Source of the DNA: a plasmid
Length of the DNA: 41,536 nucleotides
Direction: 5' to 3' (one strand)
Sequence record: NZ_CP140119.1
Shown here: one piece after another, positions 35,738-41,536 of the stretch
Layout of the letters: each line of letters opens with the position of its first letter
How positions within the stretch are numbered: position 1 is the first letter of the stretch
Made by a program: the position numbers and the translations under genes
The notes under the pieces: generated by a model
Told to the model about the DNA's origin: nothing
Seen by the model: the letters and a program-made list of their open reading frames with translations, nothing else
Databases searched by the model: none

Positions 35738-35798
35738 ATTTCATTGATATAACCCCACGATAATCTTGAGTGTATTACCGTGGGGTGTCTAGTTGTAG

Positions 35799-36101
35799 TT
35801 AAACGTTGAAACCGATATGTCGTCCCGTTGGAAGCTCTACATCCACACGCAGCTTTCCACCCATAGCCTCCACGTAGCGCTTCATTGTGGATAGTTTGAC
35901 ATCGCTACCGCGTTGCTCCAACTTCACAATAGCTGGCTGTGTAATACCGAGTGCTGAGGCTAATTCCACCTGGGAGACCTCTAGCTCTTCGCGCACAGCT
36001 TGCAAGCGTACTTCCAGCATCAGTTCGTCAGCCATATCCTTGATACGTTGCTGGCTATCCTCCGAGCGGGAGGCTAGCATTTCAGTCAGTGTTTTTCCCA
36101 T
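35799..36101 (-). CDS. higA: XRE-family HTH antitoxin (HigA-like)
   Basis: HTH_XRE motif SQVELASALGITQPAIVKLE. Downstream of the toxin gene and overlapping it by 1 nt. Confidence 0.75.
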   Translation of the reverse strand: MGKTLTEMLASRSEDSQQRIKDMADELMLEVRLQAVREELEVSQVELASALGITQPAIVKLEQRGSDVKLSTMKRYVEAMGGKLRVDVELPTGRHIGFNV

Positions 36102-36451
36102 TATCGCATCTCCAATTCAGCTAAATGCCTAGCGTATTCAGCCTCAGCAATCGGCAACATTTCTTTGTAAAACCTCTTCTCGTTACCGCCCTTATTGCCG
36201 GCGCACAGCACGATTGCTTGTCGTAACGGATCAAAGGCGAAGAAGGCCCGCAGTGGTTCCCCTTGGTGCTGAACCCTCAGCTCTTTGAGGTTCGTAAAGC
36301 TGGAGCCCTTAATGGTATCAACCAAAGGGCGCCCTACCGATGGGCCACCCTGTGCCAAAGCCAGCAACCCGGCCAAGACCTTTTCCTGTGTAGCATCGTC
36401 TTGAGCGTCGAACCAAGTATCAAACAGATCGGTCGTTTTTACTGTCCACAT
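36101..36451 (-). CDS. higB: RelE/ParE-superfamily toxin (HigB-2/Gp49-like 'addiction module killer')
   Basis: 116 aa with LRV...RAFFAF...IVLCAGNKGGNEKRFY. Toxin-first gene order, typical of higBA. Confidence 0.7.
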   Translation of the reverse strand: MWTVKTTDLFDTWFDAQDDATQEKVLAGLLALAQGGPSVGRPLVDTIKGSSFTNLKELRVQHQGEPLRAFFAFDPLRQAIVLCAGNKGGNEKRFYKEMLPIAEAEYARHLAELEMR

Positions 36452-36642
36452 AGTGTATACCAGATATAACCTTTAGGTTATATTTTAGTATGTCGCGGGC
36501 TCGGCCACAAGTGCTATGAGGGCGTAACTGCCAGTTTTTTATGGTGTACCTAATAGGAACCAGCTGGACGCCCCCCCCGCAAAGTAGTAAAACCACTCAA
36601 AACATACCTATCAATGAAAACCACTTAAAAGAGACTGAATGC

Positions 36643-37266
36643 GTGTCTAACCGAATTTTTGCTTACTTGCGGGCCAGCACAAAAGAACAAGACGCACAAC
36701 GTGGAAGGGCTCCATTGATGCGGTTTGCTGCCGAACGTGGGATCCTGATCGATGGATGGTTTGAGGAAAATGAGAGCGGGGCTACGTTCAATCGCCCTGA
36801 GCTGTTCCGTTTGCTCGAACTGGCAAAGCCAGGTGACATCCTTCTAGCTGAACAGGTGGATCGGATAAGCCGGTTGGCTGCTGATGATTGGGAGCGTTTA
36901 AAGGGGTTGATCAAGGGAAAGGGGATCAGGGTTGTAGCACTCGATCTCCCTACATCCTGGGCAATGTTGATCCCGGGAGATAGTTTCCAGGAACGGATGT
37001 TGTCAGCCATCAATGACATGATGCTTGATATGTTGGCGGCCATCGCCCGTAAAGACTACGAGGATCGGCGTAGGCGGCAGGCTGAGGGCATTGCCAAGGC
37101 AAAGCGGGAAGGGCGATACAAGGGGCGTCCTGTCGATTCCTCTTTGCATGACAGGATTCGCCTAGCTCTAAACAGCCAATGGTCATGGTCTCAGATAGAG
37201 GACAATTTTAAATGCTCCAGAGCTACTATAGCGAAGGTGTCAAAATTAATTAAAAGCGGCGGGTAG
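36643..37266 (+). CDS. Serine recombinase (resolvase/invertase family)
   Basis: GTG at 36643 gives MSNRIFAYLRASTKEQ with the catalytic Ser region, and a C-terminal HTH. The listed ORF starts further upstream at 36541. Confidence 0.85.
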   Translation: MSNRIFAYLRASTKEQDAQRGRAPLMRFAAERGILIDGWFEENESGATFNRPELFRLLELAKPGDILLAEQVDRISRLAADDWERLKGLIKGKGIRVVALDLPTSWAMLIPGDSFQERMLSAINDMMLDMLAAIARKDYEDRRRRQAEGIAKAKREGRYKGRPVDSSLHDRIRLALNSQWSWSQIEDNFKCSRATIAKVSKLIKSGG

Positions 37267-37412
37267 AGGCATTAAAGCGTGAAATGTATTACATATGAAA
37301 TACAAAATGGCTTGCCATGATCTCAGGTGTGGATTAGAGTAGAGCTGTCAGTTGGAACTGACCTAAGGAAAAAATCTGCGCACCGAGGCTTTTAAGTTAG
37401 AGGGAATGAATC

Positions 37413-37643
37413 ATGGCTATTAACTTCGACTATCGCAGTGGGATCTTAGAGGCTGCTGACACAGAGTCTGGCCGTGAGTGGTGCTGGTATAAAGGGGATT
37501 TGGAGGTTACCAAGGCGCAAGACGGGGAGCTGGCCGGCACTATCAGTGTCCCAGAAGGTGCGTCAGTGGTCGAAGTGAAAGCCATAATTCGGGAATATGC
37601 CAAAGCGCAACATCGAGTGGCTACGAGCCGTAGCAACAATTAA
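37413..37643 (+). CDS. Hypothetical acidic 76-aa protein
   Basis: RBS GAGGGAATGAATC before the ATG. First gene of a six-gene small operon. Confidence 0.45.
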   Translation: MAINFDYRSGILEAADTESGREWCWYKGDLEVTKAQDGELAGTISVPEGASVVEVKAIIREYAKAQHRVATSRSNN

Positions 37644-37675
37644 ATAATCAACCTGGTTAAAGGAAAAGCTGGACG

Positions 37676-37864
37676 ATGGCCAAGACCTACCACATCGAAA
37701 AATGGGGCTTGCTGTGTTGGCGTGATGGGCTTCCCGTCTTCATTGGCGGGCGGGAGATCACCCCGCACGGGTACGTGTGGTGGTATCCCTGGAACTGGGT
37801 TCTGTTCCTGGTAGCCCTGCTGGTAGTCACCCCATATCGCAAGTTGCGCAACAATATGGATTGA
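37676..37864 (+). CDS. Hypothetical 62-aa protein with C-terminal TM and Trp-rich segment
   Basis: ORF plus hydrophobic helix WNWVLFLVALLVV. Confidence 0.4.
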   Translation: MAKTYHIEKWGLLCWRDGLPVFIGGREITPHGYVWWYPWNWVLFLVALLVVTPYRKLRNNMD

Positions 37865-37882
37865 GTTGAACGAGGAGGAATC

Positions 37883-38200
37883 ATGTCAGTATTAATTGAA
37901 GTTTTACTTGTCATTTTTATATTTCCTTTCTTCTTATTTGGGGTTCTGCTGAAAAGAATAGGAAGAGCAATCACAGATAATTTTGAGCCAATCCAACTCT
38001 TGACTGGTATTTGGCTATTGTTGGTGTCATTTACTCTATGGCCTTATCAAGAAGTAAATGAATCAGTGGCATTCATCAGCATCTTTGATGCAGTAGCTCA
38101 AAGTGAAATTATGGGGGTTCCCGTTCCGACAGTATTTATTTTGTTGGCATCACTACTCTTCCTTTCGTCAAAGATTGTTGCGTGGCGAAGAAGAGGTTGA
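37883..38200 (+). CDS. Small integral membrane protein (3 TM)
   Basis: GGAGGAATC RBS. AT-rich. Confidence 0.45.
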   Translation: MSVLIEVLLVIFIFPFFLFGVLLKRIGRAITDNFEPIQLLTGIWLLLVSFTLWPYQEVNESVAFISIFDAVAQSEIMGVPVPTVFILLASLLFLSSKIVAWRRRG

Positions 38201-38233
38201 TGTACCGCTGAATAACCGTTTAGAGGGGGATTT

Positions 38234-38614
38234 GTGAACGGGTTAGCTCGAAATGCCAAAGGGCACTGGGTAGCCACCCATATTGGGCAGCGCGTAACCT
38301 TCACCGAACAGCGCTTCGGTGAAGCTGCTGAGTTACTGGCCCGCCGTGCACTGCTGGCGATGCAGGCTGGTACATACGACGAGTTGAGGGATAACGCCCT
38401 GCTCAAGCAGAGTTACAGTCGGGAACTGGCCGCCAAGATGTTAGGCATCCACGTCGGTGAGCTGAATGAATGGCTTCTGAGCGGTGTATTGCGCGGCCAG
38501 GAAATAATGCCACCCCGCCCAGACGACCGTAGAGGGGCAGGGAAATTTAGCGGTTATGAACTGGCTATCGTGCAAGAGCGCATAAAGGCCGACCAGTATG
38601 GAATGGAGAAATGA
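38234..38614 (+). CDS. Hypothetical protein with MerR/excisionase-like HTH
   Basis: GGGGG RBS. RELAAKMLGIHVGELNEWL is an HTH. Confidence 0.45.
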   Translation: MNGLARNAKGHWVATHIGQRVTFTEQRFGEAAELLARRALLAMQAGTYDELRDNALLKQSYSRELAAKMLGIHVGELNEWLLSGVLRGQEIMPPRPDDRRGAGKFSGYELAIVQERIKADQYGMEK

Positions 38615-38850
38615 TGAGCAAAAAATATTATCAAGACTTCGACCCGGTTATTGTAATAACTGATAGTGATGGAATCCATCTAGATTGCGTTTGTCATCCT
38701 GACGTTTCTTTCACATATGAAGGAAACGCCGGAGGCTACCTTTTCGAATGCCAAGAATGTGGTCGTTTGTACCATAGTGGCGCTCCGTGTAGCCCAGAAG
38801 AAATTGAACGTGTTCAAGGGTTGTTGACTGCTACCAATATCGAAAATTAA
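38611..38850 (+). CDS. Small zinc-ribbon protein
   Basis: CVCHPD...ECQECGRLYH Cys cluster. ATGA overlap with the preceding gene. Confidence 0.45.
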   Translation: MMSKKYYQDFDPVIVITDSDGIHLDCVCHPDVSFTYEGNAGGYLFECQECGRLYHSGAPCSPEEIERVQGLLTATNIEN

Positions 38851-38880
38851 GTTGGAAATAATGTGCGCATAGGATAAAGC

Positions 38881-39036
38881 ATGAAAAAAATGCCTGACTG
38901 GATTTGGCCGGTCATTCGTGTAAGTGTCCTGGCTCTTCTATTCTCGCTGTACTTGGCTTATGTGCTCGCTCTTGATGAGCAGCGGCATCGGACTGATGGA
39001 TGGCCGGCTAGTAGTGAGTCTAGAGGATCTAATTGA
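38881..39036 (+). CDS. 51-aa membrane peptide (not in the ORF track)
   Basis: AGGA RBS. MKKMPDWIWPVIRVSVLALLFSLYLAYVLAL has a single TM. Confidence 0.35.
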   Translation: MKKMPDWIWPVIRVSVLALLFSLYLAYVLALDEQRHRTDGWPASSESRGSN

Positions 39037-39177
39037 TAGAGAAATGGCGAATGCCGGGAGGCGTGGTGTGTAATCCCCTAGACATACGGTGACACCCGGC
39101 ATTCACCATGGATGAGCAGTCTACTCGATCCCTGTGAATGAACATACCAGACGAAATTATATTGTTATTTTGATTTA

Positions 39178-39426
39178 TCAATTTTCACTTTTGATACTGA
39201 AGGGAGGGACGAGCTCGTAGCCGCGTTGTTCTCGCCGGCGACACTCTTGGACAAAATAAGTGGTGGCCTGTTCTTCATCCAGGAAGGCTTTCACCAGGAT
39301 CTTTCCCTTGGCCGTGTTCCGGCGGCCAAAGACTTTCACTACCGTCCAGTCACCCAACAAATCTTGTTGCAGTAAAAGTGCATAGTGGCGGGTGCCCCGT
39401 TGATACCGGATGAGCGTTGTTGCCAT
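39178..39426 (-). CDS. WGR-domain protein
   Basis: 82 aa. The W..V..FGRR...GK pattern (DWTVVKVFGRRNTAKGK) characterises short stand-alone WGR proteins. Confidence 0.6.
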   Translation of the reverse strand: MATTLIRYQRGTRHYALLLQQDLLGDWTVVKVFGRRNTAKGKILVKAFLDEEQATTYFVQECRRREQRGYELVPPFSIKSEN

Positions 39427-39903
39427 GGCTGGCGGTTCCTGGCTGGCCTGGATAGGTGAGGGGGATCATATCAGTGATGATTGGGTCTGACACATGGTTA
39501 AAACTTATCCACAGAAACAGGGGGTAGAGCTGTGTACAAAGGTGTATTGGGGGTTTTGATGGTGTTGCGGAGGGGAGTTAAGTAACATGATGGGTGCCGC
39601 TTGGCTCGTGCCTCAAGCGGTATTCCTTGCCAAAGGTATCCTGTATTGTGCGTTTCAATCCCCGCGACTGCTCAGCCACGGGGATTTTTTTGGCTGCATG
39701 AATGGGCAGGGAACGAACCACTAGATGTAGTGGCCGATCGCAGCTGACAGAGCACAATATATGGTGGTGATGGATAGACAGGCCATAAGCCTGGAAGCGG
39801 GGGATCAGGCTGGGCTTTGAGGAGTGGCATCGGTTTGCTACGACGAACAAGCCAGCAGGCAAGCGATAGCGCGGCAGGGTCAGTACGCCTCCTCAAGCCA
39901 GTT

Positions 39904-40851
39904 TCAGCGGAAAAGGTACTTCCCGTGCTCGTCGCAGCCTGTGACCTCAATGATGCGATCCACTCGCTTCTGGCCTTCCTCCGTTTTCTTGATGAACACC
40001 ACGGTGTGAATGGTTGAGGCGATCACGTTCCGGTCAACGTGTGCAGATACTTCCCTGATGCACTGCTCCAGGCGCTCAAGCCCCATCACCGGCGAATCCG
40101 CGTGGATGGTCGCTAGGCCGCCTGGATGGCCCGTATTCCACGCCTTGAGCAAGTCCAGGGCTTCGCCGCCCCGGACCTCCCCGACAAGTATCCGGTCCGG
40201 CCTGGAGCGCAGGCATACCCGCAGCAGCTCTTTCATGCCAACCTTCGCTTTTTCGTAGGTTCGCATGATGACCGCGTTCCTTGCCTGGCACTGGATCTCA
40301 TTGGTGTCCTCGATGATGAGTACCCTGTCGTTGGGGTGCAGTCTGACCACCGCCTCGATGAGGGCATTTGCCAGGGTCGTTTTGCCTGATCCGGTGCCAC
40401 CCACGATCAAGATGTTCCGCCGTTCGGCTACGGCACTTTCCAGCTTGGCCTTCTGCTCCTCTGTCATGATGCCACTGGTGACATACTCGGCCAGGGTGAA
40501 GACCCGAGTGGCCTTTTTCCTGATGGTCATGCTGGTTTGAGCAACCAGGGGAGGAACCAGTCCCTCGAATCGTGAGCCATCCGTGGGCAGCTCGCATTCG
40601 AGTACCGGGTTGTTCCGGTCAATGATCTCCTTGTGATAGTGAGCTATCGCGCAAATGAGCTTGTGCGCGTTATTGGCATCCACCTCGCCGGCGCAGTACA
40701 TGGCCTTGCCAAACTCTTCTACCCATAGCTGGCCATCAGGGTTCAGCATGAGTTCCATCACTGTCTGGTTGTTGAGGTGTGCCAGCATACCGGTGAGCTC
40801 CAGCAGCTCGTTCAACTTGGCAACTTGGCGGGCATTGTTTTCGGTCAGCAT
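39904..40851 (-). CDS. trbB: T4SS ATPase TrbB/VirB11
   Basis: ATG at 40851 after AAGGA (the listed ORF starts at an upstream GTG). Walker [10 protein letters not shown], Walker B ILVGEVR, His box. Confidence 0.9.
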   Translation of the reverse strand: MLTENNARQVAKLNELLELTGMLAHLNNQTVMELMLNPDGQLWVEEFGKAMYCAGEVDANNAHKLICAIAHYHKEIIDRNNPVLECELPTDGSRFEGLVPPLVAQTSMTIRKKATRVFTLAEYVTSGIMTEEQKAKLESAVAERRNILIVGGTGSGKTTLANALIEAVVRLHPNDRVLIIEDTNEIQCQARNAVIMRTYEKAKVGMKELLRVCLRSRPDRILVGEVRGGEALDLLKAWNTGHPGGLATIHADSPVMGLERLEQCIREVSAHVDRNVIASTIHTVVFIKKTEEGQKRVDRIIEVTGCDEHGKYLFR

Positions 40852-40925
40852 AGTGATCCTTAAGTGGTGCAGGGGAGGGGCCACGACTGCTTTGTCGTGG
40901 CCGGCTCTTGAGGTTCTGTTGGTGA

Positions 40926-41516
40926 TCAGGCGGCTTTGAGCTCGTCCAGGGTGAAGAAGCGGAAAACGTCCCTGTGCTGCTGCTCTATCGCGATAGGCCG
41001 CCCCCCAAAGTTCAAGAAGGCGATCCCGTCGAAAATCTTGGTGAGCGCCATCTTTTTCTGCTCGTCAGGCAGCACGTAATAAACGTGCTGCCACTTCTCC
41101 GCCTTGCGGGCTACCAGGTGGCTTTTCATGATCTCCTGATACCGTCTTGGGGTTTTCAGATTACGTTCCGTCTCGATGGCGACACGGTTGCCGTTCGCCA
41201 GGGTGATAACCCCATCGGGTCGATGCTTGACGTTGAACTCCGTCAGGAAGTGCTTCCTGTCGCCGTTGATCCATCCCGTCGCGCCCTGGGACTCCAGGAC
41301 AAGCCGAACCTTCTGGTTCAATAGGTGATGTTGTAGGGACCACCCGGTGAGTTTGCTTGGCTCAAAACGCGGGGGGATAAATTTGTCCTCCGGGCCGACA
41401 ACCTCGGCTAGACCATTAACCGTTATCCCCCATAACGAAACTTTTCCGCCAACCCCTTCAAAGGTGTTCCTTATAATGAACCCTTCTTTTTCCAAAGAGT
41501 TAAGGAGTCGGGACAA
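40926..41516 (-). CDS. Winged-helix DNA-binding protein with C-terminal PD-(D/E)xK-like motif; probably 5'-truncated by the window edge
   Basis: LLNSLEKEGFIIR recognition helix and wing. DGVITLANGNRVAIETERNLK resembles D...E.K. No in-frame stop between 41516 and the window end, so the true start may lie beyond 41536. Confidence 0.45.
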   Translation of the reverse strand: MSRLLNSLEKEGFIIRNTFEGVGGKVSLWGITVNGLAEVVGPEDKFIPPRFEPSKLTGWSLQHHLLNQKVRLVLESQGATGWINGDRKHFLTEFNVKHRPDGVITLANGNRVAIETERNLKTPRRYQEIMKSHLVARKAEKWQHVYYVLPDEQKKMALTKIFDGIAFLNFGGRPIAIEQQHRDVFRFFTLDELKAA

Positions 41517-41536
41517 TGGCGCGTGATTCTTGAATT

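Overview
This 41.5 kb window looks like the backbone of a large conjugative plasmid from a Gram-negative (gammaproteobacterial-type) host. Almost every gene is on the minus strand, packed tightly with frequent ATGA/ATGATGA start-stop overlaps. In window order:

- **Coupling protein and structured spacer (129-2680).** A TraG/VirD4-type coupling protein gene is preceded by a symmetric array of six CTCGGCAC octamers and by a GC-rich, heavily palindromic noncoding block that is a candidate oriT or operator region.
- **Establishment-type module (2684-8062).** A plasmid H-NS paralogue, an Slt-type lytic transglycosylase, a SprT-like Zn-metallopeptidase and topoisomerase III (TopB) with a small translationally coupled partner.
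- **Type IVb thin-pilus cluster (8130-20527).** An R64 pil-like set: PilL-like lipoprotein, secretin, PilO/P-like proteins, GspE-family ATPase, GspF-family platform protein, three prepilin-like genes and a second lytic transglycosylase. Embedded in it are a VesB-like trypsin-family serine protease ending in a GlyGly-CTERM (rhombosortase) sorting signal and several small unknown genes.
- **P-type (Trb/VirB) T4SS (20560-30172).** A TraF-type S26 peptidase followed by trbI-H-G-F-L-(K-like)-J-E-D-C.
- **Inserted maintenance module (about 30.2-39.9 kb).** A TrfA/RepA-like Rep with about ten 22-bp iterons and a GATC-rich AT-rich unwinding region; a Ib-type parA plus small centromere-binding protein with palindromic centromere-like repeats; a higBA-like TA pair; a serine resolvase; a six-gene operon of small unknown proteins; and a WGR-domain protein.
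- **trbB and a regulator (39904-41536).** trbB (VirB11) is separated from the rest of the Trb operon by the module above, and is preceded by a wHTH protein that is probably truncated at the window edge.

No rRNA, tRNA or CRISPR was seen. All calls rest on motif recognition by eye, without database searches.
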